This document shows, piece by piece, positions 1 to 12,290 of a stretch of 64,000 nt of DNA. Origin of the DNA: Lama guanicoe (Eukaryota); NCBI GenBank assembly GCA_013239625.1, contig MU053365.1:783566-847565 (forward strand), written 5' to 3'. How positions within the stretch are numbered: position 1 is the stretch's first letter; each line of letters begins with the position of its first letter. The position numbers were made by a program, and so were the translations under genes. Under the pieces are notes generated by a model. It did no database searches. It was not told where the DNA came from and was given only the letters and a program-made list of their open reading frames with translations.

Positions 1-1015
1 TTTTTATCATAAATGGGTGTTGAATTTTATCAAATGCTTTTTCTGCATCGATTGAGATGATCATGTGGTTTTTGTCCTTTCTCTTGTTGATGTGATGTAT
101 TACATTGATTGATTTGCATATGTTGAACCACCCTTGTGTCCTTGGGATGAACCCCACTTGGTCATGATGTATAATCGTTTTTATGTGTTGTTGGACTGTA
201 TTTGCTAATATTTTGGTGAGGATTTTGGCATCTATGTTCATCAGTGATATTGGCCTATAATTCTCTTTCTTGGAAGTATCTTTGCCTGGTTTTGGTATCA
301 GGGTGATGGTGGCTTCATAGAATGAGTTTGGGAGCATTCCCTCCTTTTCAATCTTCTGGAAGAGTTTGAGAAGGACTGGTATGAGTTCTTCTTTGTATGT
401 TTGGTAGAATTCCCCGGTGAATCTGTCCAGTCCTGGACTTTTATTTGTAGGGAGGTTTTTTTATTGCTATTTCAATTTCATTTCTAGTGATTGGTTTGTT
501 CAAGTGGTCAGTCTCTTCTTGTTTCAGTCTTGGTGGACAGTATGTTTTCAGAAACTTGTCCATCTCCTCTAGGTTATCCATTTTGGTTCCATATAGTTTT
601 TCATAATATTTTCGTATGATATTCTGTATTTCTATTTTATTTGTTGTAATTTCTCCATTTTCCTTTCTTATTTTGCTAATTTGTGCCCTCTCTTTTTTCT
701 TCTTTGTGAGTTTGACCAGAGGTTTGTCGATTTTATTTGCTTTTTCAAAAAACCAGCTTTTGGTTTGATTGATTTTTCTATGTTTTTTTTTTAATCTTTA
801 TTTTATTTATTTCCTCCCTGATCTTTATAATTTCCTTCCTTCTGCTGCCTTTTGGAGTTTTTTGTTCTTCTTTTTCTAGTTCTTTTATTTGGTGGGTTAA
901 ACTGTTTATTTGATATTGTTCTTCTTTTTTGAGGAAGGCCTGTATAGCTATAAACTTCCCTCTTAGCACTGCCTTTGCTGTGTCCCATAGATTTTGTGTG
1001 GTTGTGCTTTCATTA
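1..1015 (-). mobile_element. Relatively young L1, ORF2 fragment (post-endonuclease linker to RT start), 5'-truncated at ~1015, continues beyond window start
   Basis: Minus-strand translation gives QNLWDTAKAVLRGKFIAI...[17 protein letters not shown]...[16 protein letters not shown], with a frameshift in the A-run near 783-792. Confidence 0.97.
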
Positions 1016-1087
1016 TAGCTATCATTTATTGAGCACCTACTCTTCTGTGGAAACAAGCCACAAACTTGCCTGCAGATGACCGGAGAA

Positions 1088-1235
1088 GGATAACAATTAT
1101 AAGAGCAGCTGATATTTCTTGAGTGCTCAGTATGTATGACCCAGGAACTGTTCCAGCTACTTTACATGTATGAACTCATCTCATGCCCGACCATCCCATG
1201 AGTCAGGTGCTGAAGTGATGGGGAAACAGCAAGGT
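1088..1235 (-). mobile_element. MIR SINE fragment
   Basis: Degenerate MIR 3' half (ttgagtgctcagtatg...ccaggaactgttc...tttacatgtatgaactcat). Confidence 0.65.
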
Positions 1236-3329
1236 GTTTCAAGAGCCACTCATGTCCCTTCATTTCCAACAACAGAGGCAAAGAAAAGCATTCCAATTTG
1301 GTTTTAATAATCTTTTAGACCACCTGGCCATACTTAAGAAAGTCTGGGTGGCTTTCCTAGATGCTTCATTCTTCGGTTTGGAAACCGGTTGTGAAGGTGC
1401 CCAAAACTTCAAAGCGGGTTTTGCCATGTGGTGGGATCACGCCTCCTCTTGGCGTAATTTATTTACTCCTCTAACCTCAAGGGAGGATCTGTGCACATCA
1501 AAAGGTTGTTCAAAAATCATTTCTTATTAGAGACGAGAGAGTAAACATGCACCCAGTTTATCACTTTCTCAAGCTCGGTTTGATATGTTACGAACCATCA
1601 GCTACACAAACAAATGATTAGGCTTGAAAACAGAAATGTCAACACAGCCACAGTCTACTCATTTACTCATCAGCCCGTTGCCGTGGCTGTTTATCTGTAC
1701 CTTGTGTTTGTGTATCAAGGCCTCATTTCACAGAAACAAAAAAGGTGCCTGTGAAATTTTCTGATCCCCCCTGAGAAGCTGAGGCCAGAGCCAGTGGGTC
1801 ACAGAGCTTTGTTACTACTATCTAAGCCTCTTGCCCCCTGGTCCACACCACCACATGACAGCAGGGAAGGATGAAGACTGAAGGACAGCTTCAGTGAAAC
1901 GGCGAGGGCTGTGGGGCTGGGCAGGCCCGTCACTCCCCCATTCCTGGACTAGCACGGATTTTCTGATACCAGTTTGGTTCTGTTCGCCTCCATTAGCCCC
2001 CTTGGAGGCTTGTGTGGCAATCTTGATGTTGAGTGAGATTTCAGATGTGGAATCTGAGACCAACTTTGTATCAATACACTTTGTGGTTATGATTTTTCAA
2101 CTTTATGAGCAGAGAAAGAGAACTGAAGAAGCTGCAGAAGGAAAGTCTTTAAAACAATTTACCAGCATGTGGGATTTTCCACTTCAATCATTTGAATGGT
2201 GTTCGTATGTGTGGGCTAGACATATACCAAAAAAATGCTTTAAAAAAATAGGGCCCTCTTGCATTCAACATGCTGAAGTTGAAGCAAATTCCAGAGCCCA
2301 TTGTATAATTTTCTGAATGAAAATAACATTCATGTGGCTGTTTGAATACTAGTTTAAGTGAGGTGAGGACCAATGTTTTCTTTTAGAAATATCCATTATT
2401 TTAAATAATTATAGCTACTTAGAAAGAAAAAAACAATCAACTAAAATGAATCCAAAAAGTCACTGGGAAGGCACTGCCCTCCCTCCGCAGTCTAGAAGCT
2501 TTCCTGATCCAGGTGATCCCCCTGACACCGTGCTCAGCACCGTTTCCACTCTCTACCTTTCAAGACCATGTGACCAGGACTTCGTCTAAGGTCTCGGGCT
2601 GGACACCAAGGACGTCATGAGGAATTCTCCAAGAGATACATGCACTTCCCAGTTAAAGACAGATGAACGGAGACAACATTTCTTCTGTGAAGTGTAGGAA
2701 GGGATGACTAATCTTACAAAAGTACATATCACAATTCCATTTTAAATGGGAAGCCCACCACGATAAGTTAAAAAGAGTATACAGTTGACTCACGTGCTAC
2801 AGAATTCCCAAAGTTGACAGAACACGTAAAGCGAGGTGTACCTGTGAGGGCAAATACCTAATAAACAAATTAGCAAGAGGTGAACTTAAGGAGCAAAGTG
2901 AATTACAATAGTCTTTGCTTTTCCCCGGCACAACTGTTTCTTGTGATAAGCTACTTTGGGTATATCAAGGAAGTTGAAATCTGCAATTGCAGGACACTAC
3001 CTACGGTCCCTGGCATCATCACTTTCTTGGGCCAGCTAGGACCAAGTCTTGGGAATGGTCACTGAAGAGCTGGTGAAGAGAGGCAAGCAAAAGAGGGATA
3101 TGTCCACTGTCCCTCAACTGTTTTTCTGCAGTCAGGAGAGGAATAAAATCAACAGGAGAAATGGGATATAGAGGCTGGCTCATCTGAGGCAAAAGGAGAA
3201 TTAAAGCAAGCTGTCAAGATGGCCTCAGTGAGCTTTAGAAAGGACCTTAATCCTGTTCCAGAAACCAACAGAGGCAACTCTGTAGACCAGGGGGAAGGGA
3301 GAACCACACTTATCTCTTTATGAAAACAT

Positions 3330-4103
3330 CTTTATTTTGAAAAAAATTCAAGCTTCCAGAAAAGTTGCAAGAATATTCAAAAGAAGCCCACGCGTATATA
3401 TCGTTCTCCCAGTATAAGTTGCAGACAGGATGCCCCTCCACCTCTAAATCCTTCAGTGTCAATTTCCAGAAAATGTGAACATTCTCTTACATAACCACAA
3501 TACAGTTACCAAATAGTCAGGAAATAAACATTGATACTCTTCTAGATCTAATCTACCAACTTTATTTAAATTTTGCCCATTGCCTCAACAGTATCCTTTA
3601 TAGGGAAAAAAAAAGTTCCAGGAGCCAATGAAGGTTCATGCCTTTAATTTAGTTGTCATATCCTTTTAGTCTCCTTCGAGGTGGACCAGTTCTTCTGTTC
3701 ATCTCTGTTTTTCCTGACCTTGACATTTCTGAAGAATGTGGGGCACTTCTTTTGTAGAATGATCTTCAATTTGGGTTTGCTGTCTGGTGTTTCTTTAGGA
3801 TTACATTCAGGTGACTCATTTTTGGCAGGAATAACACAGAAGTGATGTGGTGTCCTTTTCAATGCCTCTACCAGGAGGCATGTGAAGTCAGTTTGTCTCA
3901 ATACAAGCAAGGGTAACTTTGATCATTTGAGTAACGTGGTATCTCCCAGGTTTCTTTACTGTCAGATTACTACTTCTTCCTCTTGCAATTAACAAACGTT
4001 TTGTGGGGAAATACTTATAAGTTATGTAAATATCTCATTACTCCTCATACTTTCATCCACTGCTTTTAGAATACATCAATGATTCTTGCTTGAATCAATT
4101 TTT
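3330..4103 (-). mobile_element. Ancient L1M (L1MC-like) 3' UTR
   Basis: tttattttgaaaaaaattcaagc...aaagttgcaagaat terminus; visibly homologous to 39750-40445. Confidence 0.8.
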
Positions 4104-4104
4104 C

Positions 4105-4860
4105 ATAGTGGTCTGTGTTAGCACACTTGGACCGAGCAAAAAAGTAAGTGTATTGTGGATAAGGAGACCTAAGTTTCTCGATTTTAGAGAAGGGAGTTAC
4201 CTTATGGTAACAGTACAGTAAGAAAAGGTGGAAGACTGCAACGTGGTGGTGCTTGATTGAAATGGATGATATCCCTATGACCTCATGGTATGTTAATATA
4301 TATATACAGATGGATATATATATATAGAAATAGATATTGATGTGTGTGTGTATATATGAGGATACGCATATATATAAAAATCTCCTAGCTCTGTCTGCTG
4401 AGTGGCTTAGAAATGACACTCTGGTAGTAAAAAGCACACCTGGCCCCCACATCTTGTTCTCTAAATACCATTTTCCAATAAAAGGAATCAGGGTTCCTAA
4501 GAGAAATGGCTGAATCCAGTGCTAGAGCAGAGAAGCACACAATAAGCCTGGAGCTATCTTGTTATGCCAGAAATTAAGTGCTCAGAGATCAAAAGTGGCT
4601 CCCATGGGTGAAGTCTGAGACAACTTGCACATCAAACTAAATAATGAGGTTGTGATGTTGTCTTCTAGTTTTGTAAGACATTAAAAAAACTGGACAAGGG
4701 TACACAGCATCTCTGTGTATTATTTCTAGAAATTGTGTATGAATGAATCTACAATTATCTCAAATTTTTAAAATGAACAAACATGAATCATGATAGTAAT
4801 GTATTATAACTCACTGAATAAAATCAGAATCCACCAATTAAGTAAATAAATCAAAGAAAG
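4105..4860 (+). mobile_element. Ancient L1M (L1MC/MD-like) 3' region in opposite orientation
   Basis: ctaaataccattttcc...aaaaggaatcagggttcc...gaaatggctgaatccag is the reverse-complement homologue of 40740-40920. Confidence 0.75.
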
Positions 4861-5766
4861 AGCTCAGAGTAGAACCCAAGTTTTTTGCCCATTTTTCCTC
4901 TTCCATCTCTGCCAACATTTTCTTGCTCACTGAAGATCATGTCATTGAATCAAAACGATTTCTGTGATTGCTTTCAGCAACATCTGCAGATGTCACTAGA
5001 CGAAGGATTTGTCTCTGTGAGTTCTGACTGGTGTTCCTTGGCGATTTCAGAGTCATGGAAGTCTTGAACTTGGCAATCAAGATCTGGGGCTATGCAGAGG
5101 TTCTGAACGTTCAGAGCACTCGGGACTTCCAGATTTCTCCTGTCTTTTCAGCCCACTAACTCTGGGTCCTCACATATGCATATGGAATAAAGTGCTGTTG
5201 CTTCCTTAATTCATCCCCAAATTGGATGAATTATTCAGACTCTTCTTCCAGTCTTTTGCTGTGAATTTCACAATTCAGTCATTTTTCTAACACATAAAAC
5301 CTTCACAATTATGGCTCGGGTGTGATCCCTTTCAATGATACTATAAAACACTCAAATGTTAACTGACTACACTTAATAACCATTTCTTTATAGTTATATC
5401 TGTAGGTAGACAGTGGTGAAATCTATATATAAATAGTTTATATTTGAATATAACTATTTATATATAATATAGATAAGGTAAAAGCCCAAATCTGACTAAT
5501 GTCACCATTATCTCTGAAAGTCAGTTCATTCCCTGGGCTGAGATTATCACCTACACACTTGTATAGTGGTACTTTAGTGATAAGTGTCCCAATTTTGTTT
5601 GTTCTTTATAAGCTTTAACATTATCCAGACCTTTCTGATTAGTCAACATTAGCTGTATGATATTGACATTGGCTGCAGTTTAGATTTTAAATGTTATGTC
5701 AAAGCTCTTTAATGTCTTACGTTTGGCTATAGAAAGGAAGAAAAGGAAAGCAGTGACTCTAACCTA

Positions 5767-5819
5767 CCTCTCTCTCTCTCTCTCTCTCTGTCACACACAC
5801 ACACACACACACACACACA
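5767..5819. repeat. Compound microsatellite (TC)n-(CA)n
   Basis: Direct read. Confidence 0.97.
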
Positions 5820-6855
5820 AGTAAGTGAAATTTAGCACTTCCTTGCTTTCACACAGTCAGCATGGTCAATGCAGCAGGAAAATACGACCCAAACTACTTC
5901 TTCCTAATAGAATTCTGCCATCTCTGTCTTTCCCTTCTAACAGGCTACGATTACAACTGCAGTTGAAGCTTTCTGTACAGCTAATTTGCATTCCAAAAAT
6001 ACTAGAAAATTCAACTGACCTAATTTCTCAAAAACTCGTTACTTTAGAACAACACTTAAAAGGGAGAGGTGCCTACAACAGTCGTCGACAAGTAGACTGA
6101 GTTCCTTCCTAAGTCGTAGCTCCAAATGGCGATGTGGCAGCCGCAGCCCAGAGTCAAGAAGACACACAGGCTGCCTGCGGCCGGAGCGGCCCGGAGCAGC
6201 CCAGGAGGAGACGGCTCCGAGTTTCTATGTGAAAACAGCCCTGAGAATGGGCAAGTGCTCTTTCCACCTGGCTGCTGACGGAGTCGGAAGTTTGTCAGTT
6301 CAGACTTTGTCTCTACATTCCCTTTACGGTGGAAATATTCTGGAAAATTCTACATGATTAAACGTGCATGGAAATCAAGGAGCCAGCGATGCTTTTTTAG
6401 TCCCTCTGTATCTTTATTTATGAAAATGTTTTCAACTGGGGAGGGGGGTTGTGCTAGGAAAAGAACTCAGTTCTACAGCCAAATTCATGAGTGAGACTGA
6501 CACTTTAAAAATACTTTCCTTTGGGAATTCCATATGGTACATTTGGAAAGGCAAATTTTAATATTAAGTTCCTGGGGAAGTACTTTATCTGAAAGGCAAT
6601 GAAGAAATGAGAAGTAAACTGAACCATTAGCCTATATTAAAAATAGAATATTTCTGGAAAGTATAAAGTCATACAAACCCTCCTGGAACAGTATTTATAA
6701 AACAGGCAAATTAAAAATGGAAAGGCAAAAATGTGCCTCCTCTTCTCTCTGGGGGCACATATGTATTTTTACCATTCCCCTCTCCAATTCAAAAACCAGG
6801 GTATAGTCTGCAGGAGGGACACGGATGATCCTCAAGCCATCACCACCGCCAAGAC

Positions 6856-6887
6856 CACACACACACACTCACACACACACACACACA
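6856..6887. repeat. (CA)n microsatellite with one interruption
   Basis: Direct read. Confidence 0.95.
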
Positions 6888-9325
6888 GACTTTACTGTAA
6901 GTTGGACATCAGTACTGAAATGCTAACAGTAAGTTTAAGTGTCAAGAAAGAAGAGTTTCTCCTGCAGTGTCCCACACTTTGAATGAGAATCATATGGACT
7001 GACAGCTAAGAGGCACCCTGAAAATATCAGGGTGCCGTGGGTGCCTTTACCAATCCAAACACAGAAGAGAATTCTCTTGCCTTGACCACCCTCCTCATCC
7101 CTTGCTAAACGATGACCTGGAGCAATAGGCCTTTTTTTTTGTTCAATCTGGAAGAAGTGGATCCAAGGATTTTCTGAAGTGGTGACAGGGCTGAAATATA
7201 TGCTATAAACTACATGAAAGAAAAGCAAAGCAGTCATGATTCACTTTCAAACTCGCCCAATTTTAAAACTACCAAGAAACAGACATTAATATTGGGGGAT
7301 GATTTTAGGAACAGGCGTTCCAATTTTTTTTTTTGCATGAAATCAAACAAAGCAGGCTTCGACTTTGATCCAAATTTCAGAATGCCTCTTATAAAATGGT
7401 TGCTAACATCTCTATCTGTGCTGCAAGAGAGCTATTTTCACTTGAACTGCATGGTATATAATTGAAGTCAGAGTTGTAAATCATGGGGCCATCTGTCCTT
7501 AAGCTGTCACCAATCATACATGGAGGAGCATATGTATAATGAAAATAGACTGACAAACTTTTTTGAGTTTACATCCTTCTGAGTTAATTAATCCTCTGTC
7601 CCACACGTTTCCGAGATTCTTCAACAATGTGTTTGATGAATCGGTTTAATTACACAAGTGGGGTACGTGTGCATGTGTATGTTTTACAATGTCACTATCA
7701 CAAATCCAAAGGAAACCATGCAATTGACTTAACATTTTCACTTAAAAGGAAAATAAATCATTTTAATCACATACAGAACCTAGATCTATTGGTCTCATTT
7801 TGCTCATTTGGTTATTAATGTTGAAAATAGATATTAACATTAACAGTTACAATAATATCTCACTTTCATCTTAATGAAGATTTATATGCATATACATCAC
7901 CCTTGCATTCCACAAAGATGCTGCCTGGAGCGAGTGTTTAGTGACTGAAGTCGAATTCCAATCTCAGGGTTGCTTTCCCAACGCTATCACAGACACAAAA
8001 ATTTGATCTGAGGAAAGCTGTGTGATTCCTCTGGGCCTCAGTTTCTCTTTTTATTAGTATGTGATCACATAGCCCAGTTCTTTACACTAAGGTACTAGAA
8101 TGGTTTATCAATGAATATGCGTCAGAAGGCTTAAGTTGGAATAAATGAAAATATAAACACGATCATATCAGCAAAATAGGAATATCTTAATAAAATAGGG
8201 CCATGGAGTTTTGCAAAACTGGGACAGAGCGAGTGACGCCCCTCCTGCCTGGTCTCTGTCAGTCTAAATACAGAGCAATCGTGAGAAACTGGGCAATTGT
8301 ACAACGTAAAGGAACTGCACCAGCAATTGGACATTAAAAGTCTTTTGAAAGACCTGATGTGCATTTAAAATTGAACTCCCACTCAAAAATAGTCAAACAG
8401 CGAGTACAAAACCGACAAGGTCCCTGCAGCATGTTTCCCCAGCAGGAAGGAACTGAAGTTTTCCCTCAAAGCCTTTTCTCTGTCCTTTGTAGACATGAGG
8501 TACGCCTGTTTTCATAAACAAGAGAGCGCATGCCTACCTCCTGGTACAAAAAGCCCGAGTAAATACACATGATGTGAAACTGTCCTGATCGGATCGGAGA
8601 CGAGCTGGTCATCCCGCCCCACGCAAATGCGGGCACAGCCTTGGCAGCTGCCCCCGGCGGGGCTAAAGATAGCGCGCCGCACACCTGCAAGTTTTGGAGA
8701 AGAAGTGAAGACTTGAGGTCCAGCGGGGGTAACCCAATTTCCTCTTGTCATTGGGACAGGTGGCCAGCAAACAGCAGCCACGGTTTGACTCTTTTGCATT
8801 AGCTTTTTTGGGGGGGCACACTTAGGAAGAGAACAACAACAGGGGAGGCTGTAAGAGCCCAAAGGCAAGCGGAACCGCCAGGGGCCCCGGGAAGCCAGCT
8901 GCGCAGTCCGGGAAGCCCTCAGCTCCCAGGGCCGGGCTCCGGCTCGCTGGCAATCCGGTGACAAGTGCTCATGCTCTGCCAGCAGTTTCATGGGACACTC
9001 TCTGCCCGTTTACTGTCCCGACCTGGCAATGGACTGAACTCTACAGAAAATGGACGCCACTGGGGGGAGTGGAGGGGAAGGTGTTCCGGTGCCTTCTCAG
9101 CCTCTGCGCCAGGGAGGCCCAGACCCACTCATTCCACTGCTCTCTTCCTTTTTCACACTAAATCCACAGGCTCAGAAGAAGAAAGATAAGCATTTACAAT
9201 CAGGTTCAATCTGATCTGGAATATTCATGTGTAATCCCCTGTGGCCCCGTGGTCGTTCAGCCCCTGGCTTTCACATCAGGACAAATCCAAGGATTGGCAT
9301 TATCAGGGATGGAAATCCCTGGAGA

Positions 9326-9363
9326 TCTCTCCCTCTCTCTCTTCCTCTCTCTCTCTCTCTCTC

Positions 9364-9421
<58 letters not shown>

Positions 9422-9422
9422 A
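9326..9422. repeat. Compound microsatellite (TC)n-(CA)n
   Basis: Direct read. Confidence 0.97.
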
Positions 9423-11227
9423 GGCTAGAATAGGTAATGTGGTTCTAAGACCTTCTTAATGTTTATGATAGAAAGGAAATCTGCCTTGAGAGCAAAAATG
9501 ATCTCATATGAACTATGTTTCAGTGTTAATTCCCTGTGTCTCTTTTTAAAGGGAATTTTTCAGCAAGAAGAAGGCAAAAGTGATTTTTTTCCACCCAGGC
9601 TGCAGAACTTTTGTGAGTTAGCCGTGCATGTACCTGAAGCCGGAGCGATGATTGGAGGCCGCATCGGGTGTGCCATCAGCCAGTCCTCTGCGCTGTGAGA
9701 GGGGGCAGGCATGGGGACAGTGGCACCATCAGAGGCTCCCCTGGGAAGGTACCTACTGATGGTGTCCACACTCCTCTGCCTGCGACCTGGAAGGCCTGAT
9801 TCTCCCAAACCATACCCCATGAGGAGGAAGCAGGCTTCGGACAGCTTTTATTCAAAGCTCATTTCCAGTGCGTAGTAGGCCACACACAGATGAGTGAGGA
9901 CTGCACACAGCCTTCCCGATGTGTGCGGCCTTTATGCTCCGCTCAACTGTTTGACTTCCACACAAAGACTGCTTCTCAGGGGCACTGTTTGGGTCATTAT
10001 AGCAGGGCCTGTCAGAGGGCTTTGTCATTGTAACCATAAACAAATTACTTTAGGAAAAAGGCCAGAACCACCGGCAGCAATCAAAGACATTTGTCAAGAC
10101 TGTTTCCGATTATTTTTTATCAGATTCCTCACTCAAAGGGAAAAAAAAAAGAAGTAACTGCAGGTGAAGGGATTACAATTTTTGCCAAAGCTGTAACATC
10201 TAAAGTACAAGACGGGCTCTAACTGAGAAGTGGAAGTTATTTCCACTTTCAGACATTTTATCTTAGATGACAAATTAGGACAGATAAATTCCCTCTATGA
10301 AGAGTGGAATGAAAGTTCTGGTTAAGGGGAGTCAAGTCCCTGCTCGGTTTAAATTTATTCAGAAAGTCATTTGATTGCATCCAAAACAGAGGCAGCTGAG
10401 CCAAGAAGAACCAGAAGAGTCCTGTGACCTGGTCAACCCAGAGCACAAACGTGGCAGCCCAGTGCCTGCCGGCACACTAAGGAATTCCGAACTGAACTCA
10501 ACCCGCTCGGGCATTTATGCCTCATATTTTACCCCTCGGCCAAAAATGAGAAGGGGGAGTGGGGCTGGTGGGGAAAGTTTCTAAAAAGCCTATTTTTAAA
10601 AATGCACAGACGCTTCTAGAACATCAAATGGCTCTTCCAAACAACATTTTGATGAGTTAAGTGTAAATGAATCAGAAACATATGGATTACATTTCCCTCC
10701 AAACACACAGGGGTCTCAAAATTAAAGAGGGAAAAAGGGCTTAAGGCAACATGCATTTGGGTTTCCCTGAATCCAAAAGCGTTTGAAAATAGTTCTGGAC
10801 AGGCAGCAGGCCCAGAATGCATCCTGGACATTAACGGATTTTATAAGTTTGAAAAATGTTGGATAGTTAAAGTTCTCTCTTTGAAGCATCTCAGATGTAA
10901 GCTTGTTTTATATGATTTTTTTCCTTTCAATGCACAAGTGTTCAAGGCATCTGACATTGATTATTTTATTCTTTTTTTTAAAAAGGCGTGTTTAAAATAA
11001 AATAACAGCATAATTTGTTTAGACAAAACAGCCCCCAACCAGACAAAAGGGCTGACAGAGTAAGAAAGGTTGTTTGTATATAGGGGGAGGGTGGTGGGAT
11101 AGGGTATCAGAACCATATATCTTAAGAGGTCAAGTTTCACAAAAGCCTAGGATCTACAGCTAGCTTATGTATGCATGCATGGATGGATGTGGCCATACGT
11201 GTACATATACATGTGGCTAGAAGTACC

Positions 11228-11257
11228 TATATATATATATATATACACACACACACA
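11228..11257. repeat. Compound microsatellite (TA)n-(CA)n
   Basis: Direct read. Confidence 0.95.
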
Positions 11258-12189
11258 GGTAAACATTATTATTAACTTATTTCCTCAGGTCTTTGGCCCA
11301 TTCTAACGTCATTAACCACTGCCACATGCACTGGACACAAGAACAGTTCAAATTCCTCTCTGAATTTTTAAGCTCTCTTTTTTCTGTTTTTTTTTTTTAA
11401 TTTGTAGTTTCTTCTGCTTTGTATTATTCTTATGTCTACCTGAGTGGAAGACAGACATTTACTACAAGCCAAACTGAACTAGAAATCCCTATAAGTGATT
11501 TCACCTAAAAACGTGTCAAATGACTGCAATAGTTATCCCAGGATGTTATGAGCCAGGAAGAACGAGATGCTTAGGTTTACTTTGGAAAACACACAGAAAG
11601 GGAGTGGCTAAGAGGGAGATGGAGATACATTCTCTGTTGTAAGAATGTTAACCCCCCCTCCTGACCTGGAGAATAGTTAACTGCCTTCTGTAACAGGCAC
11701 GTCAATGGCCAAATGGAGTTAGGTCCCCACAAGTCAGGAATGCGAGAATGAGGAGCTTGGGCAGAGCAGCGACTAGCTTCACTGCCTCTATTTATATAAG
11801 GTGCCGTTAAAATGCCAATAGGAGGCAACAGTAATTAATAGGCTCCATGTATTGAGCTCACAAGTGAGCCAAAAGAATTTTAAAAGCCTATATATGTCAG
11901 TGATGCCCAATCCTTTTAATTAAAACTTTTTTTTTTAAGTTTGGAGTGTCGATGCTATTTTCACTGTTTGTGGTATTTTATGTTACAATAATTGTCGTCT
12001 TATTCTCCCTCTCACTCGCCCCACCCCCCAATCAGGAAAAACACCGTGAGCTCTGTATTTCTAAAATTTAAAGTGAATTTAATGTGATTTGATTGGAGAA
12101 TTATTTTCTGACAATTTCAAGCTTGAGATTCATAGCCAATGCCCTCGACTGCAGCTTTTCTCCTAAGGGATTTTAAACCGTCATAAAAA

Positions 12190-12290
12190 CTCTGCAGTTG
12201 AAACAACCTCAAAGGTCATCTAGTTCAACCTTTATCTAATGCTGGAATCCCCTCTTCAGCATTCCTGATCAGGGTCACCCAGCCTTAGCT
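12190..12290. mobile_element. Ancient L3/CR1- or MIR3-like fragment
   Basis: aaaggtcatctagttcaacc...gctggaatcccctc...catccc-like motif. Confidence 0.45.

Noticed and set aside
5207..5233. 10-bp stem hairpin TAATTCATCC/GGATGAATTA
   Set aside because: Too short for a pre-miRNA and within chance expectation.
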